Below are positions 53,494 to 61,999 of a DNA stretch of 64,000 nt, one piece after another. Position 1 is the first letter of the stretch, and each line of letters opens with the position of its first letter. A model generated the notes under the pieces. It was not told the origin of the DNA, did no database searches, and saw only the letters and a list, made by a program, of their open reading frames with translations. The position numbers and the translations under genes were made by a program. Source of the DNA: Alphaproteobacteria bacterium (GTDB lineage Bacteria; Pseudomonadota; Alphaproteobacteria; UBA828); NCBI GenBank assembly GCA_965221125.1, contig CBDCRW010000006.1, positions 672,001 to 736,000 on the forward strand. Direction: 5' to 3'.

Positions 53494-53614
53494 TATGAAG
53501 CGTACTCTCGGTTCCCGAGCGGATATTCCGTCACGGTTTGACCGCCGGGGCCGGCTGCCTATCATGCGCGCCGTCCGGGCGCAGCCCGCGGCAGAGCAAT
53601 GAGGAGATCAGGGA

Positions 53615-54670
53615 ATGGCGAAGGGTAAGGCGGTCGTCGTCGGCGGCCTCGGTATGATCGGGCGCAACATCATCCAGGCACTCGAGGCCGAAGGCGGGTG
53701 GGACATCGTCGGGCTGTCGCGCAGGCCGGCGAACTTCGAGACCGGGGCCACCTTCATCTCCGTCGACCTGCTGGACGAGGGCCAAGCGAGGGAGAAGCTC
53801 GCGAGCCTCACCGACGTCACCCACATCTTCTATGCCGGCCTCTCCGGCGGCGTCGAGGCCGAGAACGTCGAGGGCAACCTCGCGCTCGTGGTCAACTCCG
53901 TCGGCGTGATCGAGCCCGTCTCGCCCACGCTGGAGCGCGTGATCCTGGTGCAGGGCGGCAAGTACTACGGCGTCCACCTGGGCCCGCACAAGACGCCGTC
54001 GAAGGAGACCGACCCGCGCCACCTGCCGCCCAACTTCTATTACAACCAGCAGGATTTCATCACCGACCTGCAGCAGGGCAAGTCCTGGCACTACACCATG
54101 CTGCGGCCCGAGGCCGTGGTCGGCTTCGCCGAGGGTATCCCGCTCAACACCGCCTCGCTCGTCGCGGTCTATGCCTCCGTGTGCAAGGAGATGGACGTGC
54201 CGCTGAACTATCCGGGGCCGGAGGCGGCGTTCACGGCCTTCAACAAGTTCGTCGACGCCAGGCTGCTCGGCCGCTGCGCCGCCTGGGCGGCGCAGAACCC
54301 CGCCTGCGCCGGCGAGGCCTTCAACGTGACCAACGCGTCAGGCATGCGCTGGTGCAACCTGTGGCCGCTCTTCACCGCGTATTTCGGCTGCCGGCCGGGG
54401 GTGCTGGTGCCGATGAAGCTCGCGGACTTCATGGCCGACAAGGGCCCGGTGTGGGACGAGATCGCGCGCAAGCACCAGCTCAAGGGCATGGCGTTCTCGG
54501 ACCTCGGCGACTGGGGCTTCGCCGACTGGAACTTCGGCCGAACCTGGGACACCATCCTGGAGGACACCAAGCGGCTCCAGTACGGCTTCACCGAAGCCAT
54601 CGACACCGACCAGAACTTCATCGAGATTTTCGACGACATGCGCGCCGCCCGGGTCATCCCGGCGGGCTGA
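53615..54670 (+). CDS. Atypical SDR, PRISE (progesterone 5-beta-reductase/iridoid synthase-like) family
   Basis: GGLGMIG, GLSRR, DVTHIFY, GGKYY and PNFYY motifs. Confidence 0.85.
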   Translation: MAKGKAVVVGGLGMIGRNIIQALEAEGGWDIVGLSRRPANFETGATFISVDLLDEGQAREKLASLTDVTHIFYAGLSGGVEAENVEGNLALVVNSVGVIEPVSPTLERVILVQGGKYYGVHLGPHKTPSKETDPRHLPPNFYYNQQDFITDLQQGKSWHYTMLRPEAVVGFAEGIPLNTASLVAVYASVCKEMDVPLNYPGPEAAFTAFNKFVDARLLGRCAAWAAQNPACAGEAFNVTNASGMRWCNLWPLFTAYFGCRPGVLVPMKLADFMADKGPVWDEIARKHQLKGMAFSDLGDWGFADWNFGRTWDTILEDTKRLQYGFTEAIDTDQNFIEIFDDMRAARVIPAG

Positions 54671-54697
54671 GCTGTAAGGCCAGCGCCGGCGTCACCG

Positions 54698-54807
54698 CCC
54701 CCACCTCACCCCGGCCCTCTCCTCCCCAGGGAGGAGAGGGAGAACGGGTGGCGCCGCTTGCGTTCCCCCTCCGCCCTCCGGGGGGAGGGGGACAGGGGGA
54801 GGTGGGG
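54698..54807. repeat. REP/MITE-like palindromic intergenic element, copy 2
   Basis: Lies between convergent genes; termini CCCCACCTC...GAGGTGGGG with two internal hairpins; homologous to 23539-23663. Confidence 0.8.
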
Positions 54808-55686
54808 TCAGCCCTTGAAGCGGGGCTCCGGCAAGCCGGTGCAGCCCGTGCCGGTGACGGCGAATATGCTGCCGGCCTGCTCCTGGCCCGCGAGCGCCTC
54901 CTCGCTCAGGTTGAATGAGGCGCCGGTGACGTAGAGCACGTCGAGGTCCGCCCCGCCGAACATCGGGCAGGTCACCTGCTGGAAGGGCATGTCCACCGTG
55001 CGGTCGAGCGTGCCGTCCGGCGCGAAGCGGGCGACGCACCAGCCGTTCCAGCGGGCGTTCCAGACATAGCCTTCCGAGTCCACGGTGGAGCCGTCGGGGA
55101 TGCCGGGCGCGCTGCCGGGGCCCGCGAAGACGCGCTTGTTGGAGATCGCGCCGCTGGCGGTGTCGAGGTCGTAGGCCCAGATCACGTCCTGGTCGAGATC
55201 GGCGAAGTACATGGTGCCGCCGTCGGGGCTGAAGGCGATGGAGTTGGAGACGACGATGCCGGTCTCCTGCTTGTGCAGGCTGAGGTCGTGGTCGAGCCGG
55301 TAGAGCGAGCCGAGCGGGCGGCCCACCATGCCGTCGTCCATGCTGCCGGCCCAGAAGCGGCCTTGCCGGTCGCAGCGGCCGTCGTTCATGCGGCTGTCCG
55401 GCGTGTCCTGCTCGACCTCGTGGATGGTCTTGACCGCGCCGGTCTCGGGATCGAAGAAGCGGAAGCCGCCGTAGAAGGCGACCACCATGCCGCCCCCTTC
55501 GCGCAGCACCAGCGAGCCCGGCTGTTCGTCCACCGGCACCTGCTTGTACTCGCCGGTCTGCGGCGCGAGCCAGCTGATCGACTGGCCCTTGATGTCGAGC
55601 CAGTAGAGCCGCTGGTCGACGGGGCACCAGACCGGGCTCTCGCCGAGCTGGTCCCGGCAATCGAGCACGCACGCGACCTCTGCCAT
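54808..55686 (-). CDS. SMP-30/gluconolactonase/LRE family protein
   Basis: LGESPVW, RMNDG, SNSIAFSPD and PDGSTVD motifs. Confidence 0.93.
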   Translation of the reverse strand: MAEVACVLDCRDQLGESPVWCPVDQRLYWLDIKGQSISWLAPQTGEYKQVPVDEQPGSLVLREGGGMVVAFYGGFRFFDPETGAVKTIHEVEQDTPDSRMNDGRCDRQGRFWAGSMDDGMVGRPLGSLYRLDHDLSLHKQETGIVVSNSIAFSPDGGTMYFADLDQDVIWAYDLDTASGAISNKRVFAGPGSAPGIPDGSTVDSEGYVWNARWNGWCVARFAPDGTLDRTVDMPFQQVTCPMFGGADLDVLYVTGASFNLSEEALAGQEQAGSIFAVTGTGCTGLPEPRFKG

Positions 55687-55714
55687 GACGTTCGCTCCCG
55701 CTGGGCTGCCGGGC

Positions 55715-55789
55715 TGGTGGGCGCTGCTGGATTTGAACCAGCGACCCCCGCCGTGTGAAGACGGTGCTCTCCCGCTGAGCTAAGCGCCC
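55715..55789 (-). tRNA. tRNA-Val (anticodon CAC)
   Basis: Minus strand: acceptor stem GGGCGCT/AGCGCCC, anticodon loop TTCACAC, GGTTCAAATCC, encoded CCA. Confidence 0.96.
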
Positions 55790-55801
55790 GCCCGGCAGGC
55801 G

Positions 55802-55830
55802 ATTAGAAGAATCGCGCCGGCCGCTGTCAA
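55802..55830 (-). promoter_or_regulatory. Sigma70 promoter of tRNA-Val
   Basis: TTGACA-17 bp-TCTAAT on the minus strand. Confidence 0.65.
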
Positions 55831-55912
55831 GGCGCGAGACTACCCTTGGCCGGCGTTTCCCGATATTGAAGGCGCCGTGCCACGAACACCGTGCAGCACC
55901 AGGGAAGACGCA

Positions 55913-58612
55913 ATGGACGATCGATTCGATTTCGACCGGGTGGCCCGCGTGCCGGCGGAGGCCGACAACGTCGCCATCGCGACGCGGCGGCTGGAGGCCG
56001 GCACCCGCGTTGCCGACGGCGGTGGCGAATTCCGCCTGCCCCACACGGTCCTCGAAGGGCATCGCTTCGTCCGCGTGCCGACTCGCGAGGGCGCGCAGCT
56101 CACCTCCTGGGGTCTGCCCTTCGGCATCGCGACCCGCGCGCTCAAGCCGGGCGAGTACGTCTGCAACGAGAGAATCCTCGCCGCGCTCGGGGCACGCGAC
56201 ATCGACTTCGCTCTGCCGGAGAGCGCCAACTTCGTGGACACCATCGAGAGGTACACGCTGGACGACGCGACGTACACGCCCGGCGCGCAGGTCGCGCCTG
56301 CCGCCAACGCGGCGACCTTCGACGGCTTCCGCCGCCCCGGCGGGCGCGGCGTCGGCACCCGGAACTTCGTGGTGGTGATCGCCACCACCTCGCGCGCCAA
56401 CGGCTTCGTCCGCGCGGTGGCGGAGCGCGCCGCAGCCAAGGCGCCTGCCGGGATCGACGGCGTGGTGGCGGTGACCCATACCGAGGGCGGCGGCAGCGGG
56501 CGGCCCAACAATCTCGGCCACGTGATGCGCGTGCTCGCGGGATTCGTCGTGCACCCCAACGTGGGCGCGGTGCTCGCGGCCGACGACGGCACGGGCGCCT
56601 ACGGCAACGACGACCTGCGGCGGTTCATGGCCGAGCGCGGCGACCCGCTCGACCACGTGCCACACGCCTTCTTCCGCATCGGGCGCGGGTTCGAGGACGA
56701 GGTCGCGCGCGCGAGCGCGCTGATCGAGGGCTGGCTGCCCGAGGTCGCCGCCGCCCGGCGCACGTCGGAGCCGGCCGGCGAACTCCGCCTCGCGCTGCAG
56801 TGCGGCGGCTCGGACGCGTTCTCCGGCGTCTCCGGCAACGCGCTCGCCGGCTGGGTGGCGAAGGAGGTGATCCGCCACGGCGGCGCCGCGAACCTGGCCG
56901 AGACCGACGAGCTCATCGGCGCCGAGCCCTACGTGCTGGAGAACGTGCGCGATGCCGCGACCGCCCGCGCCTTCCTGGACAAGATCGAGAACTTCAAGCG
57001 CTACGCCGCGCACCACGGCGCCACGGCGGAGGGCAACCCCACGGGCGGGAACAACTTTCGCGGGCTCTACAACATCGCGCTCAAGTCGCTGGGGGCCGCG
57101 CGCAAGAAGGCGCCGGAGGTCCGGCTCGACCACGTCATCGACTACGGCGCGCCCATGCGCGAGCCCGGCTACTACTTCATGGACAGCCCCGGCAACGACC
57201 TGGAGAGCATCGCGGGCCAGGTGGCGGCGGGCTCCAACCTCATCCTGTTCATCACGGGCAACGGCTCGATCACCAACTTCCCCTTCGTGCCGACGCTCAA
57301 GTTCGTGACCACCACCGGCCGCTTCGAGCTGCTGGCGAACGAGATGGACGTGAACGCCGGCCGCTACAACGACGGCATGGAGATGGATGCGCTCGGCGCC
57401 GAGACCTTCGAGCTGGCCCTCGACATCGCGTCGGGCCAGCGCAGCAAGGGCGAGCTTGCGGGCCACGCCCAGGTCTCGGTCTGGCGCGACTGGCCGCGCA
57501 CGGGCGCGGACGGGCTGGAGGAGATTGCGCGCCGGCCAGCGCCCAAAGGCAGCCCGCTGCCGGTGCGGGACGCCCCGCCGCTCGACCTCGCCTTCGATGC
57601 GCTGGTCACCGGCGACGGCGTCGCGGCGGATCAGGTCGCCCTGGTGATGCCGACGAGTCTTTGCTCGGGCCAGGTCGCGCGCCTGATCGCGGACGAGCTT
57701 GATGCGAACCCGCCGCCCTGGAGCGACGTTTCGCGCTTCGTGGCCCTGGTGCACACCGAGGGCTGCGGCTCCGCCAACGGCGCCGGGCTCTACCTCGACA
57801 CGCTTACCGGCCACCTAGCGCACCGCAGCGTGCGCCACGCGGTGCTGCTGGAGCACGGCTGCGAGATGACCCACAACGACGCGGTCCGCAACCACCTCGC
57901 GGCGCGGGGCGTCGCGGCGGAGCGCTTCGGCTGGGCGAGCGTGCAGCTCGATGGCGGAATCGCCAGCGTGCAGGCCAAGGTGACGCGGCAGCTCGAAGAG
58001 ATGGCGGCGGACCGTGCCGCGGCGGAACCTGAGAGGCGGCGCGTCGGCGCTGACGAGCTGCGCCTCGCCCTCGTCGCCGATGGCTCGCTGGCGCGCGCGG
58101 TGGGAGAGGCTCTAGGCCGGCTGGCAACGGGCCTCGTCGCGGCCGGCGCCACCGTGGTCGTGCCCGACAGCGGGGGGCTGTTGGGCAACGACGGGTTCCG
58201 GCACGCGGTCTTTGCGGGCGGCACGGTGCCCCGCGCCTCGCTTGCCTTCGGCCACCCGGCGGCGCACGCGGGCTTTCACGTCATGGAGACCCCGACGGAG
58301 AACGCCGTGGAAGCGTTCGCCGGGCTGGGGGCGACCGGCGCGGACCTGATGCTCTGCCATATCGGGAACACTCCGCTGCAGGGGCACCCGATGCTGCCGC
58401 TGGTGCAGGTGACGGCCGACGCCGATGTCGCCGGCGTGTACGGAGACGATCTCGACCGGGTCGTTGCGCTGGAGCGCGGCATCGACGCGACCGTGGCCGA
58501 TCTCGCGGCGCTCGTGGCGGACGTGGCCTCCGGCCGCTACCGGCCGGCGCTCTGGTCGCGCGGGGTCACCGAGTTCCAGCTCACCCGCGGCCGCCTCGGC
58601 CTCTCGATGTAG
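55913..58612 (+). CDS. Extended UxaA/GarD family dehydratase (SAF domain + dehydratase domain + second degenerate copy), 899 aa
   Basis: DNVAIA SAF domain, GVGTRN, HTEG, QCGGSD and GNPTGGN; a second HTEGCG...LEHGCE block in the C-terminal third. Confidence 0.88.
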   Translation: MDDRFDFDRVARVPAEADNVAIATRRLEAGTRVADGGGEFRLPHTVLEGHRFVRVPTREGAQLTSWGLPFGIATRALKPGEYVCNERILAALGARDIDFALPESANFVDTIERYTLDDATYTPGAQVAPAANAATFDGFRRPGGRGVGTRNFVVVIATTSRANGFVRAVAERAAAKAPAGIDGVVAVTHTEGGGSGRPNNLGHVMRVLAGFVVHPNVGAVLAADDGTGAYGNDDLRRFMAERGDPLDHVPHAFFRIGRGFEDEVARASALIEGWLPEVAAARRTSEPAGELRLALQCGGSDAFSGVSGNALAGWVAKEVIRHGGAANLAETDELIGAEPYVLENVRDAATARAFLDKIENFKRYAAHHGATAEGNPTGGNNFRGLYNIALKSLGAARKKAPEVRLDHVIDYGAPMREPGYYFMDSPGNDLESIAGQVAAGSNLILFITGNGSITNFPFVPTLKFVTTTGRFELLANEMDVNAGRYNDGMEMDALGAETFELALDIASGQRSKGELAGHAQVSVWRDWPRTGADGLEEIARRPAPKGSPLPVRDAPPLDLAFDALVTGDGVAADQVALVMPTSLCSGQVARLIADELDANPPPWSDVSRFVALVHTEGCGSANGAGLYLDTLTGHLAHRSVRHAVLLEHGCEMTHNDAVRNHLAARGVAAERFGWASVQLDGGIASVQAKVTRQLEEMAADRAAAEPERRRVGADELRLALVADGSLARAVGEALGRLATGLVAAGATVVVPDSGGLLGNDGFRHAVFAGGTVPRASLAFGHPAAHAGFHVMETPTENAVEAFAGLGATGADLMLCHIGNTPLQGHPMLPLVQVTADADVAGVYGDDLDRVVALERGIDATVADLAALVADVASGRYRPALWSRGVTEFQLTRGRLGLSM

Positions 58613-58631
58613 CGGCCGGGGGAGGACGCGG

Positions 58632-60242
58632 ATGCCGGACCCCGCGCCGCTCGAAGGCCGCTACGACTACATCGTCGTGGGCGCGGGCACCGCCGGCTGC
58701 GTGCTCGCGAACCGCCTCACCGAAGACCCCGGAACCCGCGTCCTCCTGCTGGAGGCCGGCCGCAGCGACAACTACCACTGGGTGCACATCCCGGTGGGCT
58801 ATCTCTACTGCATCGGCAACCCCCGCACCGACTGGATGATGAAGACGGCGCCGGAGGCGGGCCTCAACGGACGCAGCCTCGTCTACCCGCGCGGCAAGGT
58901 GCTGGGCGGGTGCACGGCGGTCAACGGCATGATCTACATGCGGGGCCAGGCGGCGGACTACGATCACTGGCGCCAGCTCGGCAACCTTGGCTGGGGCTGG
59001 GACGACGTGCTGCCCTACTTCCTGAAGTCCGAGGACCACTACGCCGGGGCGACGCCGATGCACGGCACCGGCGGCGGCTGGAAGGTGACCACGCAGCGGC
59101 TGCGCTGGGAGATCCTGGAAGCCGTGCAGGAGGCCGCGAAGGAGTTCGGCATCCAACCCCGCGTGGACTTCAACGACGGCAACAACGAGGGCTCGGGCTT
59201 CTTCGAGGTGAACCAGCGCAAGGGCGTGCGCTGGACCACGGCGAGCGGGTTCCTGAAGCCCGCGATGAAGCGGCCCAACCTGCGCGTGATCCTGGAGGCC
59301 GAGACCGAGCGGCTGATCCTCGAAGGGCGCGCGGTGAAGGGACTGGTCTATCGCCGCAAGGGGGCGCGGCACGAGGCGCGCGCCGACGGCGAGGTGCTGC
59401 TGGCCGCAGGCGCGATCAACTCACCCAAAATCCTGGAGCTTTCCGGCATCGGCCAGCCCGCGCGGCTCGCCGGCCTCGGCATCGCGGTGGCGCACGAAAG
59501 CCCCGGCGTCGGCGAGAACCTGATGGACCACCTGCAGATCCGCACGGTCTTCGGCGTGCGGAACGCGCGGACGCTCAACACGCTCGCGAACAGTTTCTGG
59601 GGCAAGGCCGGCATCGTCCTCGAATACGCGCTCAGGCGGAGCGGGCCGATGTCCATGGCGCCGAGCCAGTTCGGCATGTTCACGAAGTCGGATCCGGCGC
59701 TCGCCACGCCTGACCTGGAGTACCACGTGCAGCCGCTCTCCACCGACCGGCTGGGCGATCCGCTCCACCCCTACCCCGCCATCACGATGTCGGTCTGCAA
59801 CCTGCGCCCCGAGAGCCGGGGGAGCTGCCACGTGACCACCACGGACCTCGACGCGCAGCCCGAGATCAAGCCGAACTACCTCTCCACGGCGCACGACCGC
59901 CGCATCGCCGTCGAGTCCGTGCACCAGGTCCGCCGCATCATGACGGCGGAGGCCCTGAAGCCCTACGCGCCAACGGAGCTGCTGCCCGGCCCGGAGGTTC
60001 GTTCCGACGACGAGCTGGTCAAAGAAGTCGGCAACATCGCGACGACGATCTTTCACCCGACGGGGACATGCAAGATGGGCCAGGACCCGGACGCCGTGGT
60101 GGATGCAGCGCTGCGCGTGCACGGGCTGAAGGGGCTCAGGGTCGTCGACGCCTCGGTCATGCCCCGGATCACGTCGGGCAACACCGCGTCCCCCGTCATC
60201 ATGATCGCGGAGAAGGCCGCGGACATGATCCGCGGGCGGTAG
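58632..60242 (+). CDS. GMC-family oxidoreductase (choline dehydrogenase-like)
   Basis: GAGTAG, PRGKVLGG, AGAINSP, FHPTGTC and SGNT motifs. Confidence 0.93.
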   Translation: MPDPAPLEGRYDYIVVGAGTAGCVLANRLTEDPGTRVLLLEAGRSDNYHWVHIPVGYLYCIGNPRTDWMMKTAPEAGLNGRSLVYPRGKVLGGCTAVNGMIYMRGQAADYDHWRQLGNLGWGWDDVLPYFLKSEDHYAGATPMHGTGGGWKVTTQRLRWEILEAVQEAAKEFGIQPRVDFNDGNNEGSGFFEVNQRKGVRWTTASGFLKPAMKRPNLRVILEAETERLILEGRAVKGLVYRRKGARHEARADGEVLLAAGAINSPKILELSGIGQPARLAGLGIAVAHESPGVGENLMDHLQIRTVFGVRNARTLNTLANSFWGKAGIVLEYALRRSGPMSMAPSQFGMFTKSDPALATPDLEYHVQPLSTDRLGDPLHPYPAITMSVCNLRPESRGSCHVTTTDLDAQPEIKPNYLSTAHDRRIAVESVHQVRRIMTAEALKPYAPTELLPGPEVRSDDELVKEVGNIATTIFHPTGTCKMGQDPDAVVDAALRVHGLKGLRVVDASVMPRITSGNTASPVIMIAEKAADMIRGR

Positions 60243-60462
60243 AGTCTGGAGCTGGCGGAGGGCCGCCGATGCCGCCGCCTGCGATAAGCACGCGCACCGC
60301 CTGCGTCCGCTCACCGGACGTCGGCGCGGACTGGCCGTTTTCCGTCGCAATTCCGATAGTGCGGCCGATCCCGCGTGCGACCCTTGCCCCCGGAACGTGC
60401 GGCCGGGGACAAACGGCGATAGATTCCGAGCCGGACGGCAGGGGTCAGACGGCAGCGAGACC

Positions 60463-61998
60463 ATGACGAAGCGAAGCGGACGCCGGGGCGGCGGGCGCGC
60501 GGCACGGCGTGCGGAGCGGACCGGTGGCAAGATCGAGCACCTGCGCTACATCACGCGTGACATCCCCGCGGTCGACCTGCTCAGCGAGGAGGGACTGGCG
60601 CTGGTCGAGGAGAACGCGGACACGATCCTCGAGGAGATCGGGATCGATTTTCGCGAGGACGAGGAGTCGCTGGTGCTCTTCAGGGAGGCCGGCGCGGACA
60701 TCGACAGCGAGCGGGTGCGCTTCCCGCGCGGGCTCGCGCGCCACCTGGTCTCGACCGCACCAGCGTCCTTCACCCAGATCGCGCGCAACCCTGAGCGCTC
60801 GGTGGAGATGGGCGGGCGCAACCTCGTCTTCGCGCCGGTCTACGGGCCCCCCTTCATCTACGACATCGAGAAGGGCCGCCGCTACGCCCAGCTCGAAGAC
60901 TTCGAGAACATCGTCAAGCTCGCCTACATGACGCCGTCGATGCACCACTCGGGCGGCACGGTGTGCGAGCCGGTGGACGTGCCGGTGAACAAGCGCCACC
61001 TCGACATGGTCTACGCGCACATGCGCTATTCCGACAAGCCGTTCATGGGCTCGGTCACGCATCCCGAGCGCGCGGCGGACTCGGTCGAGATGGCGAAGAT
61101 CCTCTTCGGCGCGGACGTCGTCGACACCCAGGCGGTGATGGTGAGCCTGATCAACGCCAACTCGCCGATGACCTTTGACGCCACCATGCTGGGCGCGCTC
61201 AAGGTCTACGCGCGCGCGAACCAGGGCCTGCTGGTCACGCCCTTCATCCTGGCTGGCGCGATGGCGCCAGTCTCGCTGGCCGGCACGATGGCGCAGACGC
61301 TGGCGGAGGCCATGGCGGGCATGGCGCTGGTGCAGCTCTGCCGGCCGGGGGCGCCGGTGATCTTCGGCAGCTTCCTGAGTTCGATGTCGATGCAGACCGG
61401 CGCGCCCACCTTCGGCACGCCGGAGGCGACGCTCGCCATCTTCGGCCTTGCCGCGCTGGCGCGCAGGCTCGGCGTCCCCTTCCGCAGCGGCGGGTCGCTC
61501 ACGGCGTCGAAGCTGCCCGACGCGCAGGCGGCTTACGAGAGCGCCCAGACCCTGCTGCCGACCGTCCTCGCCGGCACCAACTTCGTGCTGCATGGCGCGG
61601 GCTGGCTGGAAGGCGGACTCGCCAGCGGCTACGAGAAGTTCATTCTGGACGCCGACCAGATGGGCATGATGCAGGTGCTGGCGGCCGGCTACGACCTTTC
61701 CGCCAACGGCCAGGCGATGGACGCGATCCGCGAAGTGGGGCCCGGCAGCCACTACCTCGGCTGCGCGCATACGCAGGCGAACTTCGAGACCGCCTTCTAC
61801 CGCTCCGCGGTCGCCGACAATTCGAGCTACGAGCAGTGGCAGGCCGACGGCTCCAAGGACGCGACGCAGCGGGCGCACGACCTCTACAAGTCGATGCTGG
61901 CCGAGTACGAGGCGCCGCCCATCGACCCCGGCATCGACGAGGCGCTCAGGGAGTTCATCGCGAAGAAGAAGGCGTCAATGCCCGACGCCTTCGCGTGA
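60463..61998 (+). CDS. Trimethylamine methyltransferase (MttB) superfamily, non-pyrrolysine member (glycine-betaine methyltransferase-like)
   Basis: LEEIGIDF, PVYGPPF, CEPVDVP, NANSP, GAPTFGTPE, ASKLPDAQA and HGAGWLEGG motifs; no in-frame TAG. Confidence 0.92.
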   Translation: MTKRSGRRGGGRAARRAERTGGKIEHLRYITRDIPAVDLLSEEGLALVEENADTILEEIGIDFREDEESLVLFREAGADIDSERVRFPRGLARHLVSTAPASFTQIARNPERSVEMGGRNLVFAPVYGPPFIYDIEKGRRYAQLEDFENIVKLAYMTPSMHHSGGTVCEPVDVPVNKRHLDMVYAHMRYSDKPFMGSVTHPERAADSVEMAKILFGADVVDTQAVMVSLINANSPMTFDATMLGALKVYARANQGLLVTPFILAGAMAPVSLAGTMAQTLAEAMAGMALVQLCRPGAPVIFGSFLSSMSMQTGAPTFGTPEATLAIFGLAALARRLGVPFRSGGSLTASKLPDAQAAYESAQTLLPTVLAGTNFVLHGAGWLEGGLASGYEKFILDADQMGMMQVLAAGYDLSANGQAMDAIREVGPGSHYLGCAHTQANFETAFYRSAVADNSSYEQWQADGSKDATQRAHDLYKSMLAEYEAPPIDPGIDEALREFIAKKKASMPDAFA

Positions 61999-61999
61999 G

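Larger units (their letters stand above)
50127..53501 (+). mobile_element. 3.37-kb IS-like element mobilised by a large serine recombinase (4 genes)
   Basis: The ends GC-TTTCAACTGCACGTC (50127-50143) and GAGGTGTAGTATGAA-GC (53485-53501) are imperfect inverted arms around a shared GC. The element is intergenic, 17 bp after the SulP stop. Confidence 0.82.

Noticed and set aside
60463-61998. Pyrrolysine recoding in the MttB homolog
   Set aside because: The ORF is continuous with no in-frame TAG, and there are no pyl genes in the window.
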